DNA of 64,000 bases. It comes from Pseudovirgaria hyperparasitica. Its lineage: Eukaryota. A program made the translations under genes and the position numbers. Where the stretch lies: NCBI GenBank assembly GCA_010093815.1, contig ML996582.1; one strand, 5' to 3'. The first letter of the stretch is position 1; each line of letters begins with the position of its first letter. The notes beneath the pieces are model-generated. The model worked only from the letters and a program-made list of their open reading frames with translations, did no database searches and had not been told where the DNA came from. Below, piece by piece: positions 26,621 through 38,492 of the stretch.

Positions 26621-28183
26621 TTACGCAAACGCCTTCTTTACTAGTAACCGACAATCTCTATCGGGATACTTCGGAGTAGTAAATAACGTACTCTTTGTCT
26701 CCATGATTTTCGGCCGGCCTAATTCATCTAAGTTCTTTGGCCCATACACTGTGTCTTCTGGTAGCTTTACATCATAGTCTTTAAGAAGGTTAGATAAGAT
26801 TACCATCATCTCCGACCATGCTAGGCTTTTCCCAATACAGTTGCGATGACCGTAAGAGAATGCAAAAACGTTTCTTTTAAGATCTTCGTTCGCTAAAAAG
26901 CGTGTTGGGTCATATATATGCGGGTCCTTCCAAGTCTCGGCATGGTTATGTGCGCCGATCAGGTTGATAGCTACCTCAATGCCTGGTGGAAGATAGAAAC
27001 CCTGGAGCATGACCCCACTCGTGTGAGATACCCGGGGCATGAATCCCGAGGTGATGGGTGAGTATCTCAAGGTTTCATATACGCATGCCTCGAGAAATGG
27101 CAGTTGGGTACGACACTCCGCGAATGTGACCATGTGGTCACGTTTAAACAGGCTTCGTACTTCATCCACGGCACGTGCGTGGTACGCTGGGTATAAAGTC
27201 AGTAGATGAATCACCCAGGAAGTAACGAAAGAGGTCGACTCGCTTCCAGCAAGCTGTAATGCGATGCTTTCGGTGCGCACTTCATGGCGCTGCATTTTGA
27301 TTTTAGAATCTGGGTCTTCTGCGTCTAGAAATGCCTGGAGAAGGTCTATAGGTCTCTCCTTCGCGCCGTTCAGAAGCTTTCTACGTCGAATGTCGATAGA
27401 CTCGTTGGAATGTCGGATGAAAGCATGAAACTGGGATCTAGACCGACGAAGAAGGCGAGAGAAAGGCCAATGGCCGAGAAGTGGGAGGTTCTTCGTCATG
27501 CCAAGGTAAAAGCCTGTTGCCTCGATCCAGCGAATTATGGTATCATCGTCATTTGAAAGAGCGCTAAAGTCGCGCCCAAAGGCGAGGGCACCAATCGTAT
27601 CGAATGTTGCGTATTGTGTATCATTTCGGTAATTCACAATGATGGGGTTGCCTTCGTTTTGATCGATTAACATGTCCCATTTATCTCGGATGGCTTGGAT
27701 ACTATGCCGGACAATGAGCGGCTCCATCTGATTAAGAAAGCCATGAGTAAGATACGGGCCAAGCTGGCGACGGCGAAGGCTTGCATAGATGGGATCGCGA
27801 GCTGTGAAGATGCTTGGGTGACCGAGAATGTCGAGCATTCTGTAAACATCCGTCTTCCGGAAGTCTTGAGATGTCAAGATCTTCTTGATATCTTGCGGGT
27901 GACTGATGCTGACTCCATCTGGTCGATGGACGTAAATGTCTCCATATGTTTCGTAGTCATTCTGAACAGACTGAGATCCATTGCTGAAAATACGTTTGAC
28001 TATAGAATGCTTCGCACTAAGGCGGGACAGGAAAGATCCTGGGATATTGCGCAATGGAGAGAAGAAACATTGATAGATAACTCTATAGGCGATGGCTACA
28101 GCGACGATATATGCGACGATGCAGGGAGGTTCGATTGCTTCTGGGAGGGAGAACAAGCCTTTTCGATCTACCATGGCGCTCAT
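26621..28183 (-). CDS. Cytochrome P450 #1 (fusidane/helB-type, CYP5081-like), intronless
   Basis: N-terminal TM anchor, LAGSEST I-helix, ETLR, YDPTRF, heme motif [10 protein letters not shown]. First ATG at 28183 (the ORF track starts at TTG 28204). Confidence 0.92.
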   Translation of the reverse strand: MSAMVDRKGLFSLPEAIEPPCIVAYIVAVAIAYRVIYQCFFSPLRNIPGSFLSRLSAKHSIVKRIFSNGSQSVQNDYETYGDIYVHRPDGVSISHPQDIKKILTSQDFRKTDVYRMLDILGHPSIFTARDPIYASLRRRQLGPYLTHGFLNQMEPLIVRHSIQAIRDKWDMLIDQNEGNPIIVNYRNDTQYATFDTIGALAFGRDFSALSNDDDTIIRWIEATGFYLGMTKNLPLLGHWPFSRLLRRSRSQFHAFIRHSNESIDIRRRKLLNGAKERPIDLLQAFLDAEDPDSKIKMQRHEVRTESIALQLAGSESTSFVTSWVIHLLTLYPAYHARAVDEVRSLFKRDHMVTFAECRTQLPFLEACVYETLRYSPITSGFMPRVSHTSGVMLQGFYLPPGIEVAINLIGAHNHAETWKDPHIYDPTRFLANEDLKRNVFAFSYGHRNCIGKSLAWSEMMVILSNLLKDYDVKLPEDTVYGPKNLDELGRPKIMETKSTLFTTPKYPDRDCRLLVKKAFA

Positions 28184-28769
28184 TCTGTGATTTCCAGTTT
28201 GCAAAAGTGAAATCCTTCAATGGCTGGGTAAGAACTTTTTTATCTCGCCAAATCAATAGTAGCTTAGATATCCCAAGTAGAGTAGGAGCAACCTTGTGTT
28301 CTTTATCATGTCGTTGCAAGTAAGGGATGCTTGTAACTTTAGGTACTTGCTAGGAGTAGAGAAACTCGGTGGCGTGAGTGACGAACGATTCGCGGTAAAA
28401 GTGTACCTTCATGCTCGTTGGAAACGTTCAGAGGTCCCGCCAATGTCACGGTCGATTAAAAAGGTGTGCTCATCCCTGGACACATTGTCTTCCGACTTCT
28501 GTGAGACAAAATGACGCATGACCTTGCATTAGTATTAAGCGCCATGATGGAAAGCTAGTAAGAGCACCATTAAGTATCACTATACTCGGGTAAATTTTGC
28601 GACGATACGGAAACGCTAAGAATCTTTCCCCGTCACTTCCCCCCGAGCTTGGATCTTCTAGCGCACAGTTGAAGTATATTACAGTGAGAGATAAAGGGTA
28701 TGACAATCGAGCTAAGCGACCCAGATGAGACACAGCATCTAAGATAGACGCAGTCTTTGTTGACGGGAG

Positions 28770-30227
28770 CTACCACACGAGCTCACCAACATTTTCCCAG
28801 AACGGATCTACCAACATTCCTTTCATAGCGGTAGGATTACTGCTCAGCAAAACGTTCACTCCGTCTGTTGATGGCATAGGCGGTAGGAATGCGACTATAC
28901 TGAGACTGCTAGCAAAAAGTGGCGTCAGGCTCACACATGCTGGAGATCTGTAGCTAAAATCAGCATCGTAAAGCTTGAAATTGACCTAACTTGTACACAC
29001 AAGGAATGTCCTCATGCGACTAGCGGTCAATGCTAAGGGTCGTAGGTAGCTTGTTGGATGCGCAGATATAAGCTCAACGAACTCGGATACTAGCTGAGGG
29101 CTGACGCTGGACACTGTAGACTGCACCTGGGCTGCTGCATCTGCTAAGGTAGCTGCATTCGTAGGTCTTCTGAGATCATTGACTTGATCTCTAATCAGTA
29201 GCCCAGTAAGACAATTTTCTGTATAATTCTCTTTGACATTCAGCCGGGATCTCAGGTCAAAAGGGACTCGTACTGATGCATGTTCCTCGACTTGAGGTGG
29301 GCCCCTAAGTCAAGTTCAGAATCTAGATTGTTGATTTGTTTTGAGCTGGTTCTGTATTGACAGCTTTCTGATAAGAGCAACTAGGATATCATTGTCACTG
29401 ATATGAGATGTGCCGAAAATAAGGTGAGGCTGAAGCATTTGATGTAACTCGTTGAGCTTTCTCTGCGAAACATGGAACAGGTGTGCTTCGCCTTTGGCGA
29501 GCCCAGTGGTTTTACTCAGCATAGCACCCAGTGTCGTATGGGATAGCAACGTTGACCAGTCGATGATTACATTAGGAGTGGAATATATGGCATGGCTCGT
29601 GGGATCGATCAATACTTGGCCGGATGTAGTTAGATACGAGCGGACTATGCTTCGATCGAAGGAGTATGTTCTGCGAATGGGTGGTACGGCACTGTGGACC
29701 ATTCCGTACATTGTGTCGGCCCAGGAATTGACGAATACGAAGAAATTCGCATCATCGAAGGCATAATGGAGAACACTGATGAACAGGACCAGGCCACTGT
29801 TCTCCTTGAGTCGAATGACATGAACATTGAGCATGTGGATCTCACTGTCACTAGCAGTAGTGGCAATGGGTCCGACTGTGACCACGCTCGGGGGCCAGCT
29901 GCTTTACGCAAAGCCTGCGGTCTTGAGATCTGCAAAGTGAATCGTGAATTAAACAAACTCCAGGAACTCCGGATGGTTGATGTTATCAGGATCTAGTTCG
30001 ATGAGTATGTTTCCAGTCACCTTATGACGCAAGTGGCCGAGTAGAATTGAAAAGGTCTCGAGGGTATTAGCCAGGGCTTTCTTCAGTTGCTCAGTCGGCA
30101 TGAAGTCTGTCACACTTGAAGTGTTCTCAAAGACGTATGCGCAGGGGATAGTTGAGAACGAGCCTTGCATGTCCAGCGCCGATAGGGGTCATGCTTGTGG
30201 CTTGATAGAGCTGATGTATTTCTTCAT
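28770..30227 (-). pseudogene. BAHD/transferase-family O-acyltransferase pseudogene (helD-like)
   Basis: One continuous frame of 486 codons from ATG 30227 to TAG 28770, with six internal stops (30189, 29949, 29904, 29316, 29310, 28986). LSALD, HYAFD (HxxxD), VPFDLRSRL and YDADFSYR (degenerate DFGxG) align by eye to the intact gene at 40665-42089. Confidence 0.88.
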
Positions 30228-30876
30228 GTTGACGTTTACTAGTGTAGTCGAAAGTGTTGAATCGGGAATGCATTTGCGTCAGATATTACGGCGCGTTTTG
30301 GGCTTTGAGTCGACGGCTCTCCCGTTATCACCCGATTAGTAGCAGATCCCGAGGACAGCCATGTTGTCCACAACGTAGGTCTCAGGCCAGAAATGTCTCA
30401 GCTCCTCATGCCGACAGAGTATGCCCAAGATCCCAGCAGAGCTAAGGACGACCCCGGATGGGGACAGCACTCTATATCAAGGAGTTAGTTCGTAGCGTCG
30501 TGAACAACATCATCGATAAGAGTAGTGCGAGGTTGATATTGCAGAAGGACGAAATTTGACGCTGAGGAAACAAGTGGAGTCATGCGCTAAGATGACAAAG
30601 GGTAAGAGGTCTGTGCGTTCAATCAGACCCCCCCTCCTACCCTATTTTTCATTAACACCCCCTCCTCTATCTTGGGACGTATCTTACAGTGATCATACGC
30701 CTTATGTAACTACAACACGCTGTGTTTCAAATGAGCTCTTTCTGCAGTCTTGAATGTAAACTCGGACGCAGTCATGAAGCTAACCGACATATACATCAGC
30801 ATTGGATGACACTCCGAAAACAGCACTGGCGACAGTGTCACCCACCTCGAGAGACTCCTAGTCAACATCAAAGTCC

Positions 30877-33126
30877 TCACACAATCTCCACATCACCATA
30901 TCGTTTCACATACCGTCCTAGGGCCAAGAGAGTGAAATGAAACTTGTACAATGGATATCGCATGCCTCCTGGCGGGACAAAGACTCCTTCTAGAGTGCCT
31001 GGTAGCCAATCACCCATTGGCTGTTGAGCGTCCATCAAAAATTTGATGCCTTTAGCTACAGCCTCTTGGTCGGCGCATCCTGCCGCCAGCAATGCTATTG
31101 TAGAATAAGCTGTACACGTGACCTGGCTCCCCAACGGCTCCTGGACGTATCTCTTAACCTTTGTGCTCTCGATAGACTCTCCCCAGCCGCCATCGTCATT
31201 TTGATGCTCCAGTAAGAATCTGCAGGCTTGTCTCGTTGCAGCACAATTCTCTTCGGATCTTCCAACGCAAGCAAGACCTTGCAGGGCGAACATAGTCGCG
31301 TATGTGAAACACACTCCCCAGCTAGCATACCACCCGCCTTCTGGATATTGTGCCCGTAGCAAGAAAGCGACACCGCGATCTATACACTGTTGTATGTCAT
31401 GCGGCCGATATGATGGATAAGTCCGACTGAAAGCGGTCAGAGTCATGATGATCGAACTGGTACACTCTGGATATAACGTCTCGGTCATAACGTTGTCGTA
31501 TATCTCGGTGACGTTGAAAAGCTCCATAAAGCTTGGAGCCCGAATGGGTTCATACGATGAGAATCCACCACCACGGTTTTCCATGGCCATAATGAGGTCT
31601 ACCGCCTCTTTTAAGCGGCTATCGGAAATGCGTCTGCGTACCACGCCTGATTCCTGGAGTTGCATAACCACCTTCACAGCTTCAGCGGTCGTATCAGATA
31701 CTGCGTATCCTTGCTCGCGAGTGCTGAAACTCCAGGCTCCTTTTGTTGGTTGCCGATAAACATGGTCTATTGCCATTGGATCCTCGCGTATCTGAGAATT
31801 GTCTATGAACTCGAGAGCCTTCTCAAGAACAGCTTTGTTTTCGGGCTCCTTTGAAAGGTCACATTCGAGAACTGCCTGTACAGTCAAGACAGTGTCCCAA
31901 AGAGAAGTCCCGTTGGTTCCAGACGCTGACAGTCCTTCGCGGCACATCCACATGGGGTCTATGACGCGCGTCTGCATTCCTCTTACCCAATGGCTGCGAG
32001 GCCCATGAGCATGCCATAAAGATAACAGATTGGATGCGAAGCTAACCGGTGCAATGCTGAGATAGCTGGTGTTGTGGACTTCGGCTTCTATCTGAAAAAG
32101 CACCTCTTTTAGCGCTCTCCGCCGTATGAACGGGATCTTGTAGTGTTCAATCAGGCCTAAGATTCCAATTGCTGCTGAATGGAGTCGCGTCAAGGGCGCT
32201 AGACGATCATGAGAGCTTACATGCGTCCTCTGAGCGACCCAGTCCACGTTTTCATATGGTATCTCATGAATCTCCTGTCTTAGCTGTAGCACGAGCTCAT
32301 TTTGTGGCATCACCCAGCGATGGCCATACATATATGCCAAACTGACATACATGTTGCGAGTATGAACCCACCAATTACCCGGATTTAAGGGCAAAGCCTG
32401 AGGGACTAAGAGGACTTCTGCGACCAGTGGTATCATGCCATCCCATTCATACAGTCCGAGGACACACAACCACCACTTTCCAAAGGCAGGGATTGCTAAT
32501 GCACCTCCCATAGTCTTTAGACAACTTCGAGCCTTTTCCAAGACAGGGTGAATTGCTGGTAGTCCCAAGATTCGCAGCATGATATAGCTCATAGTTGTTC
32601 CGAATACTGTCGAAGGACTTTGGATGAACAATCCCCATCCGCCATCGGCATTGACCATATTCAACAAGTACCGACACATCTCAGCCTTCATAAAGTCTTC
32701 CAATGGCAAGCCAATGATATACATGGTGATCACAATTCCACTGGTAACGAAGAGCGGCCCGTCATCATTGCATCCCCAATGGCCATCCGAAGTCTGGAGC
32801 CGTTTCAGAAACTCCCAGCCGTGCGCCAGAGCTTGCTTCGGTCGCTTCGATGTTTTCATTTTTGGCATTTCGATGGGGAGACCAAGCCAGTACCGTTCTA
32901 GGAAGCTCTGTGGCTGGGTCTCACATTCCTCTTTTGAGCTCAAGTAGTGCCACACATGCCTACCATGCTCTACCTTGAGTCTCCATTGATCAAGGTTTGT
33001 TGCGTAGGGTCGTGCCGCAGCGGTATTCTCAAATACAGTACTGCTACAGACCTTCTGTGCGACGCTTGTTTGAACGGGGGTTTTGATCCCAGTCACAAAC
33101 GTCGAATCATCATGAGCTGTCTTCAT
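30877..33126 (-). CDS. Oxidosqualene cyclase, protostadienol-synthase type (helA/fusA-like), intronless, 749 aa
   Basis: QW repeats (QTSDGHW, NADGGWG, QYPEGGW, QNDDGGWGE, QQPMGDW), WGVCFTY, catalytic SDTTAE, and C-terminal GVFVPPGGMRY. Confidence 0.93.
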   Translation of the reverse strand: MKTAHDDSTFVTGIKTPVQTSVAQKVCSSTVFENTAAARPYATNLDQWRLKVEHGRHVWHYLSSKEECETQPQSFLERYWLGLPIEMPKMKTSKRPKQALAHGWEFLKRLQTSDGHWGCNDDGPLFVTSGIVITMYIIGLPLEDFMKAEMCRYLLNMVNADGGWGLFIQSPSTVFGTTMSYIMLRILGLPAIHPVLEKARSCLKTMGGALAIPAFGKWWLCVLGLYEWDGMIPLVAEVLLVPQALPLNPGNWWVHTRNMYVSLAYMYGHRWVMPQNELVLQLRQEIHEIPYENVDWVAQRTHVSSHDRLAPLTRLHSAAIGILGLIEHYKIPFIRRRALKEVLFQIEAEVHNTSYLSIAPVSFASNLLSLWHAHGPRSHWVRGMQTRVIDPMWMCREGLSASGTNGTSLWDTVLTVQAVLECDLSKEPENKAVLEKALEFIDNSQIREDPMAIDHVYRQPTKGAWSFSTREQGYAVSDTTAEAVKVVMQLQESGVVRRRISDSRLKEAVDLIMAMENRGGGFSSYEPIRAPSFMELFNVTEIYDNVMTETLYPECTSSIIMTLTAFSRTYPSYRPHDIQQCIDRGVAFLLRAQYPEGGWYASWGVCFTYATMFALQGLACVGRSEENCAATRQACRFLLEHQNDDGGWGESIESTKVKRYVQEPLGSQVTCTAYSTIALLAAGCADQEAVAKGIKFLMDAQQPMGDWLPGTLEGVFVPPGGMRYPLYKFHFTLLALGRYVKRYGDVEIV

Positions 33127-33674
33127 CTTTGATCCTTGGAATAGATGTCGAATATTAGTCTCGTATATCGACCAAGCTTGAGACTTCGAGTGTTTCTAGC
33201 GACGATTGGATGAAAGCACGAGGGGCTTCGGGTCGTCTAAATCATGAGTTACTCACGGGTCTGATATTTGAGGTTAAAATTTCTAGTATCATACAAATCG
33301 GCTCATTTGATGGTTTCGTTAATTACATATGAAACGTACCTGATCTTCCACAACGCTTTTAGATCAGAATGTTAGCTTGGAATCAAGCCCGAACTCGACC
33401 GGACCCACAGCGACATGAATACCCTACGTCCGTCAAGGCCAAAGCGTTCCAGTCACTAACGTCTCGTACTACATGGATGGGGGCTAGTTGCGCTTATAGC
33501 CTTATCACAACGTCGATTGCTCGGCTGTATGCAAAATGAGGTTGCATGACGCTAATGCAGCACACGGCACAACAGAAAGAGGACCTGAAAGTTACTAATT
33601 CTGCATTTCAACGACTAGGATACGAATGTAATACATGCCAATTCACTACCATGTTGATGTCTTCTTGCCGCTAC

Positions 33675-35333
33675 TCACTCATCGTTGACACGATCCTTCC
33701 GCTTTTGCAATATCATCCGACAGTCTCTCTCCGGCTTCGCAGGCATTGTCGCTACCCCCAGCTTCGTCGGCATGATTCTCGGTCGTCCTGTCCTAGGATC
33801 TTTGTTATGCGGGCCGAAGACACTGTCCTTCGGCAACTTGATATCGTAATCGCGGAAAAGATTCGCTATTGTGACCATCATTACGACCCACGCGAGGTTC
33901 CGCCCAATGCAGAATCTCGTACCATAAGCGAAAGAAAGCATGTTGCGCTTCGTCTCGAAGTTGTTCAAAAACCGGGTTGGGTCGAATTTGTCTGGATCCT
34001 GCCACGTAGTGGCGTGTACGTGAGCTGCGCATTTGTTGGTTGCTATCTCGGTCCCAGGCGGGATATAGAATCCCTTGATGGTGATACCCTTGGTATCTGA
34101 AACTCTTGGAAACGAAGTGCTTGTGGTCGGAATACAGCGGAGGGTCTCATAAATGACACACTCCAGATACGGTAACAGTTCCCTGCATTGCTGGTATGTG
34201 ATGACGGTCTTCATGTCGGGAAAGCCAGCGCGGACTTCGTCACGGACGCGGTCGAAATGCTCGGGGTAAAGCAACAGAAAGTGTATGATCCACGAAATGA
34301 CAGAAGAAGTTGACTCACTGCCACCAACAAGCATTGCAATACTTTCAGCCTGAACTTCTTCTGGTGACATATGTGTCTTGCCTGGAACGTCGAGATCTCT
34401 TGCATCCAGCAAGGCCTGAAGCAAATCAGCAGGTATGTCGCCTCCATTATGAATCTCTTCTTGGCGAATCGCCACGGACTCCTTGCTGAACTGTACGAGG
34501 TCGTCGTACGAGCCCTTCAGCTTCCATACTAGAGCTGAAAATGGCTTTCGTTTGATGAATGGAAAGTAATGAGAAAGTAGCATGTAAGTAAGAGTGTTGT
34601 TCACCCATTTGGTGTAGACTAGGTTGTCCTCCTGTAAGGCGTGAAAGTCTCTCCCGAAGGCCAGAGCTCCGGTAATGTCGAACATGGCCAGTTGTGTATC
34701 AGAACGATAGTTGATAATAGTATCCTCGCCGCGGACTTCGTTGTTTGTAATCAGGGTGTCCCATCTGGTTCGTAACGCTTTGCTCCCATATTTCAATATC
34801 AGATGTTCCATGCCCGCTAGATAGCTAACCGTGAAAAAGGGATGCAACTGGCTTCTTCTCTGATTAGCCTGTGCGGGATCTGTGAACGTGCTGACATTGG
34901 GAATCCCCTCATATTCGAACACCCGATACATGTCCGTCTTCCGGAACTCCGTGTTTGACAGGACTACCCGCGCGTCCTTTGGATCGCAGATAGAGACAGT
35001 ATTCGGTTTTGACAGATACACATCACCGTGCTGTTTGTAATCCGATATTGATGCTGCTTCAGCCCGACCGGTGAGCAAGTGTATCATTATACGGCTGCTT
35101 GTCACTCGAGCGAGAAATGGAGCTGGGATATGTCGAAGTGGGGAGCGAAAAAATGCATAATAGAGCGTCCAGACAGTTTGAACTGCGAATAGGATCAAGG
35201 TGATGCGTGTGTATCCCAGGCTGACGACATATGACTTTATTTCCAGGAGAACTTCGACTAGAAGATATTGCCGTATCCTACCATCTGAGGGGACCAAGTT
35301 TTCAGAAGCAAGTATATGGTCCATTGTAGACAT
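33675..35333 (-). CDS. Cytochrome P450 #2 (fusidane/helB-type), intronless
   Basis: VGGSEST, ETLR, FDPTRF, FAYGTRFCIG; paralogous to the other three P450s. Confidence 0.92.
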   Translation of the reverse strand: MSTMDHILASENLVPSDGRIRQYLLVEVLLEIKSYVVSLGYTRITLILFAVQTVWTLYYAFFRSPLRHIPAPFLARVTSSRIMIHLLTGRAEAASISDYKQHGDVYLSKPNTVSICDPKDARVVLSNTEFRKTDMYRVFEYEGIPNVSTFTDPAQANQRRSQLHPFFTVSYLAGMEHLILKYGSKALRTRWDTLITNNEVRGEDTIINYRSDTQLAMFDITGALAFGRDFHALQEDNLVYTKWVNNTLTYMLLSHYFPFIKRKPFSALVWKLKGSYDDLVQFSKESVAIRQEEIHNGGDIPADLLQALLDARDLDVPGKTHMSPEEVQAESIAMLVGGSESTSSVISWIIHFLLLYPEHFDRVRDEVRAGFPDMKTVITYQQCRELLPYLECVIYETLRCIPTTSTSFPRVSDTKGITIKGFYIPPGTEIATNKCAAHVHATTWQDPDKFDPTRFLNNFETKRNMLSFAYGTRFCIGRNLAWVVMMVTIANLFRDYDIKLPKDSVFGPHNKDPRTGRPRIMPTKLGVATMPAKPERDCRMILQKRKDRVNDE

Positions 35334-36042
35334 GATCTTCTAAGGTGTCAGTATGAAGAGTAAGCTCGAACTGAACAGTGGAGTTTGTAAAGCAAATACA
35401 GTATGAAAGGAAGAATTTCTAGGTATACGACCATGGGGAACTCGGTAAGCAAACTGCAAGTCGCGATATGGCTCCTGAGATCAAATGCAACTATACCAAT
35501 GGTAGTTTGGACTCTTGGACAAACAAATTATGGTCAGACGACTCCGATTCCTCTCCAGGGCCGCTTCCATGTTGTCACCCAAGCTTTAAAGTATGGATTA
35601 GTGCTGGCCCGTGTGCGAGAAAACTAAACAACGCATAGACTAATTCCAGTTTAGGGGGTAGAATGCCGACCTGTGTTTCGAGGTCCAGATAATATCCATA
35701 CATAGACTTCACACTTGATGCGATGTCATATGCTGACACTTTTAGGCGCGCAATTGGCCGAACACTGCATTAGGCCTTCAAGGTTGCCTCATATTCGGAC
35801 ATGGGTTACAGCTCAACGTGTAAAACACCAATCGATGCAAATCAACATGTACCTAACTGATGCGGTATAGCGGATGGATAATAGTGTTGGTCGCTAGCCC
35901 ATAACAGCGGTAAAGGTTGTATCGCTTCGTATTTCTTTTGTGGGAGCTGACCTTAGCATGCTAAAAGTGAACTTTTGCTTGACATCCGGCGTCGAAATCA
36001 TTTACTCTTACATCAGAAGCCACAGCTCGATCGTATCACGTT

Positions 36043-36861
36043 ATGCCAGAGTCAATATCTCCAGCATTTACCAGGCGAATAGCCATAGTCACTGGGGCAG
36101 CCCGTGGAGTCGGCTTCGCAATCAGCAAAGCTCTCGCATTGAAAGGCTACCTAGTCGTCATCAGCGATATCGATAGCATTGAAGGTACTCACGCGACAAA
36201 GAGCCTCAATGAAACAATGGGCGCCGGTACTGCTGTATTCATTCATTGTGACCTGGCTCGACTTTCTTCCATCGATAAGCTCCTTGAGTCGACTGTCCAG
36301 CAACTTGGGAGCTACAGTCTGCTTGTCAATAACGCTGGCTATCTACGAGCGCCTTTCCTCGCACTGTCGGCAGAGCATATGGAGCAGAGCATATCGGTGA
36401 ATTTAACTGCACCACTATACGCGTTGCAGCGTGCCGTTATGTACTGGAACGCGCATCCTCATATCGAGGCTCCTGCCGTCGTTACAGTGACATCGTCCTC
36501 ATCATTCAAGACCTATGCGTCCATTCTCCCATACGGCGCTGCAAAAGCTGGCGCTGCACAGTTTACATTTGCCAGTAGGGACTTTGGGCCAAGGATCAGA
36601 GTCACAGCTGTGGCCCCGACGGCCATCGCGACCGGATTTGAGCTGGGAAATATGAGGATTGCTACGGAGCAAGAAGGTCCTGGGTACACACCGGAAGATG
36701 CGATGAGAGCCATGGGATTGGAACGATTGAGTCCAGAGGACGTGGCCAATGAAGTCGTGAGATGTGCAGAGGATAAGGATATTTGGGGAATTGTTGTGCA
36801 TCTAGATAAGGCGAAAGGTGCGAAGATTTTCGGGGGGTATGAGGATTTCATGGGCGTGTGA
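36043..36861 (+). CDS. Short-chain dehydrogenase/reductase (helC-like 3-hydroxysteroid dehydrogenase/C4-decarboxylase candidate)
   Basis: TGAARGVG Rossmann motif, LVNNAG, catalytic Ser and YGAAK. The helC-like role is inferred from cluster context. Confidence 0.9.
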   Translation: MPESISPAFTRRIAIVTGAARGVGFAISKALALKGYLVVISDIDSIEGTHATKSLNETMGAGTAVFIHCDLARLSSIDKLLESTVQQLGSYSLLVNNAGYLRAPFLALSAEHMEQSISVNLTAPLYALQRAVMYWNAHPHIEAPAVVTVTSSSSFKTYASILPYGAAKAGAAQFTFASRDFGPRIRVTAVAPTAIATGFELGNMRIATEQEGPGYTPEDAMRAMGLERLSPEDVANEVVRCAEDKDIWGIVVHLDKAKGAKIFGGYEDFMGV

Positions 36862-36914
36862 ATATGTTATTGTAGAGCACTGATAGAATTACGAGACGTC
36901 TTAAGTATCTTTTT

Positions 36915-38492
36915 TCATATACACTGGCGCTTTCTTATAAGTATACGGCAGTCTCTCTCCGGATACTTAGGAGCAAAAACAATATGACACTTTGACGGCA
37001 TTAACGCAGGCTCCCCATTATCTCTCCTCCCGTGCGGGCGAAAAGCTTCACTACCGTTCCCAATTCCTTCCATATCAAATTCGTTTAGTAGGTTAGCAAG
37101 GATTGGCAATATTTCCATCCATGCAAGATTCCTCCCCAAGCAGTTCCTTACTCCATATGAAAATGCAAAGACATATCTCTTCTTATCTGTGTCTTCTAGA
37201 AATCGTTCTGGTCGAAACTTGTTGGGTTCAGCCCAAACATCAGTTCGATTGTTTAAAGCAATCAGATTAAAGGCAATATGCGTTCCCGCCGGAACGAGGT
37301 ACCCTTGCAATACGACGTCTGTAGACGCAAACTGAGGCATAAACCCTGATGTTATCGGAGTGTAGCGAAACATCTCATATATGAAGGCCTCGAGAAATTC
37401 AAGAACTCGACATTCAGTGTAACTGATTAAATGGCCCTTGGCGAATCGCGAGCGTACTTCTGTCTCAGCACGCGCTCGATAGTGAGGGTATAGTGTGAAC
37501 AGATGTAGTGCCCATGTCAGTGCCGCAGCGGTAGTCTCGCTTCCGGCGAGCTGCATGCCGAGGCTCTCAGCTTGGACTTCTTTGGCGGTCATAACGATTT
37601 TCGACTCCGGGTCTTGCGCTTTGATGAATGCCTGCAGCATGTCTTCTGGGACCTGTAATGCTTCGGCTTGATGCTTCTCAGGCGAGACTTGTTTATCGAG
37701 GAGTTGCTTCCGCCGTTTGACACTCTCTGCGGAGTATGCAAGAAAGTCCGCGTAGGCTGTCAGCGACGGACGAAGAAGGATAGAAAGGGGAAATTTAAGT
37801 AGCAGTGGAAAATTCATCCGTAGACCGACATATACTGCAGTTGATGAAATCCACCCAATGATGCGTGAGTCAGCAGACTCTAGGCTATCATCTCCTGTAG
37901 ATCTTCCAAACGCCAGTGTAGCCATGATCGAGAAAGTCGCGAGTTGAGTATCGTTACGGTAGTTCACAACCGCGGTATCCCTTCCATCTAGGAGACTGTG
38001 CCACTTCGATCCAATGGCTTTGGCGCCTTTTTGAAGAATAATTGACTCCATCCGGAGTAGGTAGCTACTAGTGAAATATGGGGCAAGTTGACGACGACGA
38101 CGACTTGCCATTGCTGGGTCACTGAAAGTAACGATGTTTGCTAGAGCCGGGTCGTGGACACCGTGATACATATCGATTTTGCGGAAAATAGACGAGCCTA
38201 GTACTGTGCGCACATCTTGCGGGTTGCATATTGTGATCGTATTAGGCTTGGAAATATATATATCTCCATAGGTGTTAAAGTCGTGAAGAGCGGCATCGAT
38301 CACTCGGGATGGAAGTCGCTGATATATTGCTCGAAGCGGTGTGAGTCGTGCTAGGAGTGGGCCTGGGATGTTCCGCAGACTTGAGAACAGCGTCACGTAT
38401 AAAACGTAGTAGCTAGACAACATGCAGACCCCAAGACCGAACGCCACCAAGGAGTCGGTCTGGTAGATTTTCAGAAATACAGTCTGGAGCAT
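36915..38492 (-). CDS. Cytochrome P450 #3 (fusidane/helB-type), intronless
   Basis: LAGSETT, EMFR, FRPERF, FSYGVRNCLG. Confidence 0.92.
   Translation of the reverse strand: MLQTVFLKIYQTDSLVAFGLGVCMLSSYYVLYVTLFSSLRNIPGPLLARLTPLRAIYQRLPSRVIDAALHDFNTYGDIYISKPNTITICNPQDVRTVLGSSIFRKIDMYHGVHDPALANIVTFSDPAMASRRRRQLAPYFTSSYLLRMESIILQKGAKAIGSKWHSLLDGRDTAVVNYRNDTQLATFSIMATLAFGRSTGDDSLESADSRIIGWISSTAVYVGLRMNFPLLLKFPLSILLRPSLTAYADFLAYSAESVKRRKQLLDKQVSPEKHQAEALQVPEDMLQAFIKAQDPESKIVMTAKEVQAESLGMQLAGSETTAAALTWALHLFTLYPHYRARAETEVRSRFAKGHLISYTECRVLEFLEAFIYEMFRYTPITSGFMPQFASTDVVLQGYLVPAGTHIAFNLIALNNRTDVWAEPNKFRPERFLEDTDKKRYVFAFSYGVRNCLGRNLAWMEILPILANLLNEFDMEGIGNGSEAFRPHGRRDNGEPALMPSKCHIVFAPKYPERDCRILIRKRQCI

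Noticed and set aside
28770..30227. Stop-codon readthrough or alternative genetic code rescuing the acyltransferase
   Set aside because: All three stop types occur, neighbouring genes use the standard code, and the DFGxG motif is also degraded.
30877..33126. Calling the cyclase the housekeeping lanosterol synthase ERG7
   Set aside because: It has PPGGMR and DTTAE motifs, no introns, and sits among tailoring enzymes.
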